Assembly (NCBI RefSeq): GCF_019417665.1
Contig: NZ_DXUU01000004.1
Coordinates: 11,319 to 75,318 of the forward strand
Source: Ruminococcus sp.
Lineage (GTDB): Bacteria; Bacillota; Clostridia; Oscillospirales; Ruminococcaceae
DNA: 64,000 bases
Direction of reading: 5' to 3'
Shown here piece by piece: positions 8,766 through 20,171 of the stretch. Positions within the stretch are counted from its first letter, which is position 1, and each line of letters begins with the position of its first letter. The notes beneath the pieces were generated by a model. That model was given only the letters and a program-made list of their open reading frames with translations. It was not told the DNA's origin and did no database searches. The position numbers and the translations under genes were made by a program.

Positions 8766-9430
8766 AAATGTTCCACGCCACACACGGTCAGCACCTCTCC
8801 CTGGACGGTGAACTTTACTTCCAGATCGGCGAAGCGGAAACCATACACACGTTCCGGGTCATGTTGATAAGAAGGGCGTGGATCTTGGGCGAGCACCTGG
8901 GTCAGTCCCTCTTGCAAATGGGACGGCACTTGTTCCAGCCACACCGCCGGGAAAACCACTTCTAGTCCATGCGCCGCTGCATCCACAGCGAAGCCGCCCT
9001 TTGCTTCGGGATGGCTGTCAATGTGTGGCAGATAGGGCTTGATATCATAAATCGGCGTACCATTCATGAGATCTGCGCCGGAAATCACCAGAAAGGGTGC
9101 TTTGTTCCCATGGAGTACAATTTCGTCCAGCTGCACCACAGAGAGCCCCATGGGATTGGGGCGAAAGGGCGAGCGTGTGGCAAAGACGCCCATCCGGGTA
9201 TTGCCGCCCAGTCTTGGCGGACGGACGGTAGGCGACCAGTTTTCACGGATAGCTTCGGAAAACTGCCAGATGAGCCAGATATGAGAGAAATCCTCCAACC
9301 CCCGGAACGCATCGGGATTACGGTACGGCGGTTCAAACACGATCCGGGAAGGAAGCTGTACTAGACCACTCTGCCGGGGAATACCAAATTTTGTGGGGAA
9401 ATCGTTTTCAATGTGGGCGATAATTTTCAT
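8759..9430 (-). CDS. trmO: tRNA (N6-threonylcarbamoyladenosine37-N6)-methyltransferase TrmO (YaeB/TsaA family)
   Basis: FGIPRQSG, HIWLIWQF, RSPFRPNPMGLS and IYDIKPYLP motifs typical of the TsaA/YaeB fold. Confidence 0.8.
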   Translation of the reverse strand: MKIIAHIENDFPTKFGIPRQSGLVQLPSRIVFEPPYRNPDAFRGLEDFSHIWLIWQFSEAIRENWSPTVRPPRLGGNTRMGVFATRSPFRPNPMGLSVVQLDEIVLHGNKAPFLVISGADLMNGTPIYDIKPYLPHIDSHPEAKGGFAVDAAAHGLEVVFPAVWLEQVPSHLQEGLTQVLAQDPRPSYQHDPERVYGFRFADLEVKFTVQGEVLTVCGVEHLQ

Positions 9431-9539
9431 GGGGTGCTCCTTTTCAGTATGTTTATTTCATCATAGCATATTTTCGGGGAGATGTCCAGCAAACAGAAAA
9501 AAGCGTACCAGATCGGCACGCTCTTTGTGCGGTATTACC

Positions 9540-10220
9540 TTAGGTTTTCCGGCAAATAAGATTTACGATTCGTTGATATAATAGGCTTAATAAATTACCG
9601 CTATAATTCGGAACACCATATCCTACAATGTTAGAATATGTAAGAGGATAGCGATTTCTGGCAACGACATTTCCACTGGTATTTGCTTCAATTGTGTGCA
9701 CATAGCCGTCAGAAACATCGGTAACAATTCCTGCATGACGATGGCTGTTGCTGGTAGAGGAATAAAAATAAATAATATCCCCACGCTGCGGCGTATAGCT
9801 TGCTCCATAATACGGACCATCGTGCCATACATCCTGGCTTTTGAAAAAATCAATCTCATCAATTGTCCCGGCAGTTCTCTTGATCACACTGCTTGAAACG
9901 CCTGCCTGTATTGCACACCAAGAGACAAAAGCCTGACACCATGCGTAATGATAAGAGCTGTCTATCTGGTATAGGTCTATATCATATTTCGTATCATTAT
10001 TGTTTCCAGATGTTCTACCCTCCAGACCGCTTTCATGATAGCCAACCTGCGTTTCAGCTATAGCGACAATATCTTCCCGTTGGTTTCCAGTGTTGGTATG
10101 CGTGTTCTCATAAGCCGCACTGACCCACAATCCCGAATACATTCCCAACATCATGACTGCTGCAGCCATCATCGCAGTCCACTTCATAAACCAACGTTTC
10201 TGCCTTTGCGCTATTTTCAT
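9540..10220 (-). CDS. Secreted CHAP/NlpC-P60-type cysteine peptidoglycan hydrolase
   Basis: Signal/TM segment MKWTAMMAAAVMMLG. Catalytic Cys in WCQAFVSWC and His in HAGIV, followed by TIEANTS. ATG at 10220 is preferred over the track start at 10298. Confidence 0.7.
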   Translation of the reverse strand: MKIAQRQKRWFMKWTAMMAAAVMMLGMYSGLWVSAAYENTHTNTGNQREDIVAIAETQVGYHESGLEGRTSGNNNDTKYDIDLYQIDSSYHYAWCQAFVSWCAIQAGVSSSVIKRTAGTIDEIDFFKSQDVWHDGPYYGASYTPQRGDIIYFYSSTSNSHRHAGIVTDVSDGYVHTIEANTSGNVVARNRYPLTYSNIVGYGVPNYSGNLLSLLYQRIVNLICRKT

Positions 10221-10391
10221 AAAAAATGCCACTCCTTTGAAAAATCCATCTTCCGACGTATTTCTACACTTTAAATACAACAAACGATGTATTCCCAAAA
10301 TATAATACTACATTTGTTGTAAAAAATCAAGTGTCTGTCCGTGTTTGTGGTATAATTTTGGTGAAATCAATAAATGGGAGCGAGTGTTATT

Positions 10392-12189
<1,798 letters not shown>

Positions 12190-12207
12190 TTACAGAATAT
12201 TGATGCC

Positions 12208-12248
12208 AAAACGGGCGAACCTGATAAAATGGGTTCGCCCGTTTTGTT
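12208..12248 (+). terminator. Rho-independent terminator of eno
   Basis: Stem acgggcgaacc(12211-12221)/ggttcgcccgt(12232-12242) followed by a T-tract. Confidence 0.8.
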
Positions 12249-12250
12249 AT

Positions 12251-12422
12251 GGCAATACCACACAAAGATTGTGCGTCAGATGCGCAGTCAGATTTTTCGT
12301 CAGATGAAACAAAAAGCGGAGTGAATACTTTGTGTATTCACGAGCATTTTTGTGAAATATGACGGAAAAGATGCAAGCATATGACGTGCAAAGCCGTCAG
12401 GCGTTCTTTGTGCGGTATTGCC
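12251..12422. mobile_element. 172-bp palindromic MITE-like element (repeat family C, copy 1)
   Basis: 18-bp terminal inverted repeats ggcaataccacacaaaga / tctttgtgcggtattgcc (17/18 complementary). Flanked on both sides by TTAT. The whole element is an imperfect palindrome centred on the hairpin gtgaatac-tttgt-gtattcac (12321-12341). No ORF. Confidence 0.6.
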
Positions 12423-12457
12423 TTATAATTGATTTTGTATGGTGTTGCTTTTTGGAT

Positions 12458-14290
12458 TTACGCAGTCTGTGCAAACTGTGACCGATACAGATCCGCATAG
12501 AATCCGTTCTTCGCCAGAAGCTCGTCATGAGTGCCCTGTTCGATAATGTCGCCGTCCTTCATGACCAGAATCAAGTCTGCATTGCGGATGGTGGAGAGCC
12601 GGTGGGCAATGACAAAGCTGGTTCTTCCCTCCATAAGATGATCCATTGCCTTTTGGATCTGGATCTCTGTCCGGGTGTCTACGGAAGAAGTCGCTTCGTC
12701 CAGGATCATGACCTTGTTGTCTGCCAGAATCGCCCGGGCAATGGTCAGCAGCTGCTTTTGTCCCTGGGAGACATTGCTTGCATCCTCGTTCAGCTCCATA
12801 TTGTAGCCGCCTGGCAGCTGCCGGATGAAGCTGTCAGCATGAGCTGCCTTTGCAGCTGCAATGACTTCTTCGTCTGTGGCATCCAGTCTGCCGTAGCGGA
12901 TGTTCTCCATAATGGTGCCCTGGAACAGCCAGGTGTCCTGTAAGACCATGCCGAATGCTTCTCGCAGATCATTTCGATTGAAGTCCTGGACATTGTGTCC
13001 ATCCAGAAGAATAGCGCCGCTGTTGACATCGTAGAACCGCATGAGAAGCTTTACCATAGTGGTTTTGCCTGCACCCGTAGGTCCAACAATGGCGATCTTC
13101 TGTCCTGGCTTTACATCGGCGCTGAAATCGTGAACGATCAGCTGTTCTGGATGATAGCCAAAGGAAACGTGCTGGAAGGAGACTGTGCCGGTGATCTGTT
13201 TCGGCTGTACGGGATGTTCAGCAGTCTGTACCTCTTCTTCCTCTCCCAGAAATTCAAAGACACGTTCTGCTGCTGCTGCCATAGACTGCACCTGGTTCAG
13301 CACCTGGGCGATCTGCTGGATTGGTTGGGTGAAGTTCTTCACATATTGGATAAAGGCCTGGATGTCGCCGATGGTGATAGTACCCCGGATCGCCAGCAGA
13401 CCGCCGGAAAGTGCCACAGCAGCATAGCCCAGATTGCCTACGAATACCATAATGGGGTGCATCAGACCAGACAAGAACTGAGATTTCCAGGCGGAACGGT
13501 ATAGGGTGTCGTTGGTCTCCTGGAACTTCTGGATCGTCTCCTGTTCCTTGTTGTATGCCTTGATGACCGTGTGGCCGGCATAGGTCTCCTCTACCTGTCC
13601 GTTGATGTGTCCCAGATATTCCTGCTGCTGCTTGAAGTATTTCTGGGATTTCTTTACCACCAGGGAAATGAGGGCGATGGAGATGGGCAGAACGACAAGT
13701 GCGATCAGAGTCATGAGGGGCGAAATACGCAGCATCATGACCAGAACACCTATCATAGTCGCTACAGAAGTGATGATCTGTGTAATGCTCTGGTTCAGAC
13801 TCTGTCCCAGAGTGTCCACATCGTTGGTGATCCGGGAGAGCACTTCGCCGTAGGTACGGCTTTCGAAGTATGCCATGGGCATCCGATTGATCTTTTCGGA
13901 GATATCCCGGCGCATCCGGTAGCACACCTTCTGGGTAACACCGGTCATGAGCCAGCCCTGAATGAAGCTGAACAGGGAACTGAACAGATACAGTCCCAGC
14001 ACAAACAGCAGGATCTGTCCGATCTTGGTGAAATCAATGCCGCCAGTGCCCTGGATTTTTGCCATGAGTCCGTTGGACAGCTCTGTTGTTGCCTTACCCA
14101 GAATATCCGGACCAATCACGCTGAACACAGTGGAGAGAATGGCACACAGAATCACGACAACAACTGCTGCATGATATTTCTTGATATACACGAACAGCTT
14201 TCCGATAGAGCCTTTAAAATCCTTGGCTTTTTCCACGGGCATCTGACCGCCGCCGTGCCGGGGCATTCCATGTTTTCTTTCATTCGCCAT
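12458..14290 (-). CDS. ABC exporter, fused permease/ATPase (heterodimer partner B)
   Basis: 610 aa. Six-TM domain, then Walker A GPTGAGKTT, signature VSQGQKQLL and Walker B ILDEATSSVD. Confidence 0.9.
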   Translation of the reverse strand: MANERKHGMPRHGGGQMPVEKAKDFKGSIGKLFVYIKKYHAAVVVVILCAILSTVFSVIGPDILGKATTELSNGLMAKIQGTGGIDFTKIGQILLFVLGLYLFSSLFSFIQGWLMTGVTQKVCYRMRRDISEKINRMPMAYFESRTYGEVLSRITNDVDTLGQSLNQSITQIITSVATMIGVLVMMLRISPLMTLIALVVLPISIALISLVVKKSQKYFKQQQEYLGHINGQVEETYAGHTVIKAYNKEQETIQKFQETNDTLYRSAWKSQFLSGLMHPIMVFVGNLGYAAVALSGGLLAIRGTITIGDIQAFIQYVKNFTQPIQQIAQVLNQVQSMAAAAERVFEFLGEEEEVQTAEHPVQPKQITGTVSFQHVSFGYHPEQLIVHDFSADVKPGQKIAIVGPTGAGKTTMVKLLMRFYDVNSGAILLDGHNVQDFNRNDLREAFGMVLQDTWLFQGTIMENIRYGRLDATDEEVIAAAKAAHADSFIRQLPGGYNMELNEDASNVSQGQKQLLTIARAILADNKVMILDEATSSVDTRTEIQIQKAMDHLMEGRTSFVIAHRLSTIRNADLILVMKDGDIIEQGTHDELLAKNGFYADLYRSQFAQTA

Positions 14291-16613
14291 CTGTTGTCAC
14301 TCCTTCCTCGGATGTCTCTAATCCCAGTTCCTCTGCGGAGAGCTGGGATTTTGCGATCTGCTGATAAACCTCACAGTTGTGCAGCAGTTCCTCGTGAGTA
14401 CCCTTTCCGACGATTTTTCCTTCTTCCAGCACCAGGATCTGGTCTGCATGGAGAATGGTACTGATACGCTGTGCTACAATAATGACCGTGCTGTCCTGTA
14501 CCTGAGATGCCAGTGCTTTTCGCAGTGCTGCATCGGTTTTCAGATCCAGTGCCGAGAAGCTGTCGTCAAAGACGAACACCTTCGGCTGCTTTGCAATGGC
14601 ACGGGCAATGGTCAGACGCTGTTTCTGACCGCCGGAAACATTTGTACCGCCCTGTGAAATGACGCTGTCGTATTTGTCCGGCTTTTCTTCGATAAAATCA
14701 GCCGCCTGTGCAATTTCAGCCGCCTGCCGGATCTCTGCGTCTGACGCGTCAGGACATCCGAAGCGCAGGTTCGTGGCAATGGTACCGGAGAACAGTACGC
14801 CCTTCTGGGGTACAAAGCCGATCTGCTGCCGCAGTTCCTTCAGTTCCATTTGCCGGATATCCACGCCGTCCAGGGTAATGCTTCCCTCTGTTACGTCGTA
14901 CAGACGGGGGATCAGGTTCACCAGAGTGGACTTGCCGCAGCCGGTGCTGCCGATAATAGCAGTGGTTTTTCCTGGTTCTGCGGTAAAGTCCAGATCAGTC
15001 AGTGCGTCCTCTTCTGCATTGGGATAGTGGAAATGCACATGGTCAAACCGCAGCACGCCGTGTACCGGTTTTGGATTTTGAGGTTGTTCTGCTTCTTGGA
15101 TGGAAGTTTCTGTTTGCAAAACTTTATCGATTCGTCCGGCAGCAACAGAAGCACGAGGCAGCATGACGGACATCATGGTCAGCATCAGGAATGACATGAC
15201 GATCATCATGGAATAGGTGATGAATGCTGTCATGGAACCAACCTGCATCACACCGTCGTCGATACGGTGTGCACCGACCCATACAATGAGAATGCTCAGG
15301 CCGTACATGATCATCATCATGATGGGCATCATGAAGGTCATGACCCGGTTGACAAAGAGGTTTGTCTTGGTCAGATTACGGTTTGCCTGGTCGAAGCGTT
15401 CTTCTTCTGTTTTTTCCCGGCAGAAGGCACGAATGACCGGCAGTCCTGTCAGGATCTCACGGGAAACCAGGTTCACCCGGTCTACCAGCACTTGCATTTT
15501 CTTGAACTTTGGCATAGCAATGGACATGAGCACGCCCACGATACCCAGAATCACAAGCACAGCCAGGACAATGACCCATCCCATGCCTGCGCCGGTGTTT
15601 ACGACCTTGATGATGCCGCCGATGCCCAGTACCGGAGCATACAGAAGCATCCGCAGGAAGATTGCTGTAACCATCTGCACCTGTTGAATATCATTGGTGC
15701 TTCTGGTGATCAGAGAAGCAGTGGAGAATTGATCCATCTCTGCACCGGAGAAGTGCATGACTTTGGAGAACACTTTCACTCTCAAATCACGTCCTACGCC
15801 TGCACCCACACGGGATGCCAGATAGCTGACGCCGATGGCAGTTACCATCATGACCAATGCCATGAGCAGCATTTTGCCGCCGGAAATCCACAGATAGGTT
15901 TTCTGAAGGTGATCCATATCCAGTCCGGCATCCCTGTCGCACTGTACGGCATAGGCAATGCCCATGGACTCCACAAGAGAACTGCCCATGGTATCCAGCA
16001 TATCTTCCAATTGGGTGCGCATGTCGTTCAGGACAGTATCATTCATTTGACCGCTTTCCTGCATGGCAAGGAACAGGGGACGGACATCGACGCATGTGAC
16101 TTCAGTCTCGTTGCCGTCTTCGTCTTCTTCCGTCCGGACGAAAGGCTTCAGTTCCACGCCCATAGATGCACCGATCTCTTCGATACTCATCTGCGCCAGC
16201 TGATCTGCGGCGGCAGGGTCGCTCTGCTGTGCCACGATCTTCCGGAAACTGTCTTCGTCTACCATGGACATCTCATAGTTGAGCAGGATGGGGATCATCA
16301 GTTCCTCATCCAGTTCGTCCAGTGTGTCTCCGCTCAGATCCTTTTGACCGCAGAGTTCGCCTTGAACCTCATATGCGTCCTCCCACTGCTTCTGTTCCTC
16401 TTCTGTCATGAAGATCTGTGCTGTATGATATTCTGTCAGCGTCATTTTTTCCGGCAGAAGATGTTCTACGCCGCTGTTCTGGATGCCCACATCGATGATA
16501 TTCGAAGTGTACTGCGGCAGGGACAGGTCGCAAAACGCCTGCACAATCAGCAGCAGCAAGATCAGTAGTGCTGACTTCCAGTAAGGCTTTAGGTTTTTGA
16601 AAAGTTTACCCAT
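14280..16613 (-). CDS. ABC exporter, fused permease/ATPase (heterodimer partner A) with a roughly 220-aa insertion after TM1
   Basis: 777 aa. GSTGCGKST, VSGGQKQRL, FVFDDSFSALD. A long acidic soluble insert lies between the first two TM helices. Overlaps both neighbouring genes. Confidence 0.9.
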   Translation of the reverse strand: MGKLFKNLKPYWKSALLILLLLIVQAFCDLSLPQYTSNIIDVGIQNSGVEHLLPEKMTLTEYHTAQIFMTEEEQKQWEDAYEVQGELCGQKDLSGDTLDELDEELMIPILLNYEMSMVDEDSFRKIVAQQSDPAAADQLAQMSIEEIGASMGVELKPFVRTEEDEDGNETEVTCVDVRPLFLAMQESGQMNDTVLNDMRTQLEDMLDTMGSSLVESMGIAYAVQCDRDAGLDMDHLQKTYLWISGGKMLLMALVMMVTAIGVSYLASRVGAGVGRDLRVKVFSKVMHFSGAEMDQFSTASLITRSTNDIQQVQMVTAIFLRMLLYAPVLGIGGIIKVVNTGAGMGWVIVLAVLVILGIVGVLMSIAMPKFKKMQVLVDRVNLVSREILTGLPVIRAFCREKTEEERFDQANRNLTKTNLFVNRVMTFMMPIMMMIMYGLSILIVWVGAHRIDDGVMQVGSMTAFITYSMMIVMSFLMLTMMSVMLPRASVAAGRIDKVLQTETSIQEAEQPQNPKPVHGVLRFDHVHFHYPNAEEDALTDLDFTAEPGKTTAIIGSTGCGKSTLVNLIPRLYDVTEGSITLDGVDIRQMELKELRQQIGFVPQKGVLFSGTIATNLRFGCPDASDAEIRQAAEIAQAADFIEEKPDKYDSVISQGGTNVSGGQKQRLTIARAIAKQPKVFVFDDSFSALDLKTDAALRKALASQVQDSTVIIVAQRISTILHADQILVLEEGKIVGKGTHEELLHNCEVYQQIAKSQLSAEELGLETSEEGVTTDGE

Positions 16614-17067
16614 TCGTTTCTGCTCCTTTCTTCATCTTTTCCAGCTGGATTTCAGCTGCTTCATATAGCCGTTCCATCAGCAGGATCAGTTGTTCCATTT
16701 CTTCTGGTGCGAACTGCTCCCGGATCCCCTGGTGGAACTGTTCCAGTACGCGGTCTGCTTCTTTAATGGTCAGCTGCCCTTCCTGGGTCAGCGTTACATA
16801 GGTATTGCGTCGGTCTTCCTGGCTCACGTCTCGTCGGATGAGTTCCAGTTCTTCCAGACTGCGCAGTGTCCGTGATACTGCCGGCTGTACCACATGCATT
16901 TCCTTTGCCACCGCAGAGACGGTGAGGCCGCCGCTGTATTTCTTTTGCAGGCAGCGTATGGTGAACAACACCATATAATCGTGCCGTGCCAGCGGCAGCA
17001 AAGTAAATACATTCAGATTGTGAAACCGGTTTGTAATGGACAGAAAGGTTTCTAACGGATCTGCCAT
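16606..17067 (-). CDS. MarR-family transcriptional regulator
   Basis: Winged-helix core TVSAVAKEMHVVQPAVSRTLRSLEELELIRR...DRRNTYVTLT. ATG at 17067 follows GAGGG. First gene of the operon with the two ABC genes. Confidence 0.85.
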   Translation of the reverse strand: MADPLETFLSITNRFHNLNVFTLLPLARHDYMVLFTIRCLQKKYSGGLTVSAVAKEMHVVQPAVSRTLRSLEELELIRRDVSQEDRRNTYVTLTQEGQLTIKEADRVLEQFHQGIREQFAPEEMEQLILLMERLYEAAEIQLEKMKKGAETNG

Positions 17068-17091
17068 TTTCACACCCTCTTTCCCAATTCT

Positions 17092-17120
17092 ATAACAACG
17101 TTATCAAATAACGTTGTTTT
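17092..17120. promoter_or_regulatory. Candidate MarR operator
   Basis: 13-bp inverted repeat ataacaacgttat (17092-17104) / ataacgttgtttt (17108-17120), 12/13 complementary. It lies directly downstream of the -10 of the marR-ABC promoter. Confidence 0.5.
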
Positions 17121-17149
17121 ATTATAACGTATGTTATTTTTATTGTCAA
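17121..17149 (-). promoter_or_regulatory. Consensus sigma-A promoter of the marR-ABC operon
   Basis: Minus strand reads TTGACA (17144-17149), a 17-nt spacer, then TATAAT (17121-17126). Confidence 0.65.
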
Positions 17150-17239
17150 CGGCTTTTCTGTCGTTTTCATGGAGCTGTCACAAAAAAAGTGCATTCCGCT
17201 GAAAAGCTGCGGAATGCACGAAAAAGTTTTATTCAATTT

Positions 17240-17830
17240 TTATCCGAATCGTTTCCCCAGTTCTTCCCGGACACGCCGGGAAATTTCTGCCGTATGATCC
17301 GCTTCGCCTTCCGGCAGGGAGATGAGAAGCAGTGTCCGTACGGACACAACCAGGTCTACCAGTGCCAGCAGAACGATGCCGGTCAGAAACTTATTGGAGA
17401 TCCCCGGGGGAATCCGGTGAAAAACTGCCATGAGAAAAGGGTTGATCTGATATAATGCAAATGTTCCCAGCACGCCGAAAGGCAGCATGGTCTCCAGGCA
17501 GATCCTGCCATGAAGATTGAATTTCATGTCATGATAATCCCACCAGCGGGTGTGGAACAACCGTTCCATGAGCACACTGACGGTGTATTCCAGCACACTG
17601 CAAAGCAAGATGATGGAGACAAAGACATACCAGAAGCCGTGCCTTGTGTTCTGGAACAGCATGGTGATGCCTATGAGTCCGATGCCGTAGATCGGACAGC
17701 ACGGTCCCAGCAGAAACCCCCGGTTTGTGATATGGCGTTCCCGTACGCCCATGTACAGGGTCTCCATGCACCATCCCAGTGTGGAATATGTAAAAAAGAG
17801 CAGAACATAGTCTGCCAGGCTCGATACCAT
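17240..17830 (-). CDS. Polytopic membrane protein of the putative ABC-transporter type IV (PF06541-like) family
   Basis: N-terminus ...FFTYSTLGWCMETLY...RGFLLGPCCPIYGIG is typical of that family as I recall it. About six TM segments. Confidence 0.5.
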   Translation of the reverse strand: MVSSLADYVLLFFTYSTLGWCMETLYMGVRERHITNRGFLLGPCCPIYGIGLIGITMLFQNTRHGFWYVFVSIILLCSVLEYTVSVLMERLFHTRWWDYHDMKFNLHGRICLETMLPFGVLGTFALYQINPFLMAVFHRIPPGISNKFLTGIVLLALVDLVVSVRTLLLISLPEGEADHTAEISRRVREELGKRFG

Positions 17831-17834
17831 AAAA

Positions 17835-18335
17835 TTATACCCTCCTTTTTCGTCCTAGTGTTTTGGCATGACGCCAGAATCCTGAGACTGTCTCCAACGT
17901 AGAGCAGTACTTGTCCGCAAGGCAGACGATGATTGCCTCCCGGGAACGCGGCACAAACCGCAGCGTCAGAGGCCACATATGGGTGCGGATAATATGCTGA
18001 ACTTCCGGGCTGATATGAAATCGCATCGCTGCATTCCGGCAGGCAATGCGAGGATGGGCAAAGCCGTGAAGCGTACCCTCGTCCTGGTGGGTGTGCCAGT
18101 CATACAGATAAAAATCGTGCAGTAGTGCGCCCACAATCAGGTTCTTATAGTTGATACGAAGATGCAGATGTTCTGCGATGGCGCAGCTGGCAGAAACCAC
18201 AGAGAGGCAGTGCTCTAAAGTCGTGGTAGTGCCGTGCTGGATGAACTCATCCATGGAACAAACGGCGCGGTCTGATAGATAAGCAGACAGATGCGCCTGT
18301 ACCTTATCCGGCTGTTTCATATTTTGTAAAGACAT
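17835..18335 (-). CDS. HD-domain phosphohydrolase
   Basis: H...HD metal motif (LEHCLSV...GALLHDFYLYDWH). ATG at 18335 follows AGGAGGA (the track start at 18365 is GTG). Confidence 0.7.
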   Translation of the reverse strand: MSLQNMKQPDKVQAHLSAYLSDRAVCSMDEFIQHGTTTTLEHCLSVVSASCAIAEHLHLRINYKNLIVGALLHDFYLYDWHTHQDEGTLHGFAHPRIACRNAAMRFHISPEVQHIIRTHMWPLTLRFVPRSREAIIVCLADKYCSTLETVSGFWRHAKTLGRKRRV

Positions 18336-18545
18336 GTGATTCCTCCTGTTATCTTCAGACGGCACTTAAGCTTTTCTACATTATAGCTGATTTTTGTCGT
18401 ATTGTCAACAAATTCGGTGTTATTTTTTTCTTATTGTTCCCGAAAAAACGTCATATTTTCTTTGAAAATTCTTACAAAATGACGAAAACACGTCTCCTCT
18501 GTCGGTAGTGTTCTGTGAGAAATTCAACGAAATTCACAAAAATGG

Positions 18546-18574
18546 TTGACCATCTCGAAAAAATATGGTACAAT
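18546..18574 (+). promoter_or_regulatory. Sigma-A promoter of the autolysin gene
   Basis: TTGACC (18546-18551), a 17-nt spacer, then an extended -10 tggTACAAT (18566-18574). Confidence 0.55.
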
Positions 18575-18654
18575 AAAAAACGAATGTGCATGGAAGGTGC
18601 CTGTTTCCAGGTGACTGATGCAGTGCAAAATCAAAGATCCTAGGAGGAATCATT

Positions 18655-20091
18655 TTGAAGTCTTTTCATATATTACTTTTTGCTGTTGCAGCTGGTGCAG
18701 CCCTTTGCCTGGGCGGGATGACTGCTGCAGCAGAAGAAACTGCCATGGAAACGCCTTTGGTCGCTACGGCAACCACAGACCTGGAGCCAGTGGATGCGGT
18801 GCCCGATACTTGGGTCACCAACAGTGCCGGTGCGCTGGTCTATTATGATGCGGCAGGCAACATCGTTACAGGAGAAGCTGTTATTGACGGCGAGACTTAT
18901 CTTTTTGCACCGGATGGCACGCTTCGTACCGGATGGCAGACTGTGGGTGGTGTGCGGCGGTATTATGAACCGGAAACGGGGATTGCCCGGACAGGCTGGA
19001 TCCGCTATGGAGAAGGGTACTATTATATAGATGCAGATGCCGGAAAGCTCATAGGCACTCAAACGGGGCTTGTGACGCTACAAGGAGAGGAAACAGATGC
19101 GGACACCTTGTTTCTGCTGGATGAACATGGCGAATTGCAACTGGGATTCTTTACGGACGAAAGCGGATGCCGCTATTATTCCGGAGAAACCGGCGCGGCA
19201 GCTGTGGGCGATGTGCAGATCGATGGTACATGGTATCAGTTCGGAGCAGACGGCGTGCAGGCCACCGGCTGGACAGAAATTGGCGGCAAGACATATTATT
19301 TTGATCCCAGAACCGGAAACAGTCTCACGGGGCTGTGCCGGATTCAAGGGGACTTGTATGAAATCACACCAGAAGGCGGCGTGCAGACAGGCTGGCAGAC
19401 GGTGTCAGGTGAAGTGTATTATTTCGATCCGGATGCCGGGACGGCAGTTACCGGAATGCAGACGATTGACGGGAAAAACTGTTATTTTTATGGAGACGGC
19501 ACAATGCTCTGTAATGGCAGTATTTTAATCGACGGCGTGGAATATCAAGCAGCAGCGGACGGCACTCTGACTGTTGAAAAAACTGCTGTTATGGGTACGT
19601 CACGGGCAACTGCTGCGCAAATGACCGCTTATCTGAAGTCGGTGAATCCCAATGTATCTCAGAGTGTGTTGGATATGATTCCTTATTATCTCAGCGAGGG
19701 CGAAGCAGAAGGTGTTCGGGGAGATGTGGCATTTGCACAGTCTCTTTTGGAAACGGGAAATTTCACCTTTCAGGGCTCGGCAGTGACGTTGGATCAGAAT
19801 AATTTCTGCGGCATGGGCGTCACGAGCTGCGGTATGAAGGGCAATTCTTTTGCCACGCCGCAGCTGGGTATTCGTGCGCAGATCCAGCATCTGAAAGCCT
19901 ATGCGGATACCGGAGACCTGGTGCAGGCGTGTGTTGACACGAGATTCCGCTATGTGCAGCGAGGTTGTGCACCTTACGTGGAATGGCTGGGCATCCAGGA
20001 AAATCCCTACGGCAAAGGCTGGGCGGCAGGTGCTGACTATGGTGCAAAAATTCTGCGGATCTTATTAGCAATTTTGAGAATGCCGAAATGA
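18655..20091 (+). CDS. Cell-wall-binding-repeat protein with a C-terminal glucosaminidase-like peptidoglycan hydrolase domain
   Basis: Signal peptide. Many roughly 20-aa GW/YYF repeats (TGWQTVGGVRRYY, YYFDPDAGTAVTG...). C-terminal AFAQSLLETGNF...NNFCGMG motif. TTG start 6 nt after AGGAGGA. Confidence 0.75.
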   Translation: MKSFHILLFAVAAGAALCLGGMTAAAEETAMETPLVATATTDLEPVDAVPDTWVTNSAGALVYYDAAGNIVTGEAVIDGETYLFAPDGTLRTGWQTVGGVRRYYEPETGIARTGWIRYGEGYYYIDADAGKLIGTQTGLVTLQGEETDADTLFLLDEHGELQLGFFTDESGCRYYSGETGAAAVGDVQIDGTWYQFGADGVQATGWTEIGGKTYYFDPRTGNSLTGLCRIQGDLYEITPEGGVQTGWQTVSGEVYYFDPDAGTAVTGMQTIDGKNCYFYGDGTMLCNGSILIDGVEYQAAADGTLTVEKTAVMGTSRATAAQMTAYLKSVNPNVSQSVLDMIPYYLSEGEAEGVRGDVAFAQSLLETGNFTFQGSAVTLDQNNFCGMGVTSCGMKGNSFATPQLGIRAQIQHLKAYADTGDLVQACVDTRFRYVQRGCAPYVEWLGIQENPYGKGWAAGADYGAKILRILLAILRMPK

Positions 20092-20123
20092 AATATGCAA
20101 TGAATGTATGATTTATGATGTAT

Positions 20124-20171
20124 AAAAAACCGGACGGTTCCTTTTGCACAGGGAACTGTCCGGCTTTTTTT
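20124..20171. terminator. Bidirectional rho-independent terminator
   Basis: Stem ccggacggttcc(20130-20141)/ggaactgtccgg(20152-20163) flanked by an A-run and a T-run. Confidence 0.75.

Noticed and set aside
15267-16568. 433-aa plus-strand ORF. Similar long shadow ORFs lie at 7735-8646, 13571-14464, 25367-26227, 26741-27751, 47986-48711, 49518-50576, 51047-52045, 55715-56533 and 57946-58686.
   Set aside because: All are antisense to genes with strong family signatures (ABC exporters, DUF4253, rnj, gdpP, the permease, metY, the flippase-like gene, asnB, ftsH). Their translations are His/Cys/Arg/Gln-rich and motif-free.
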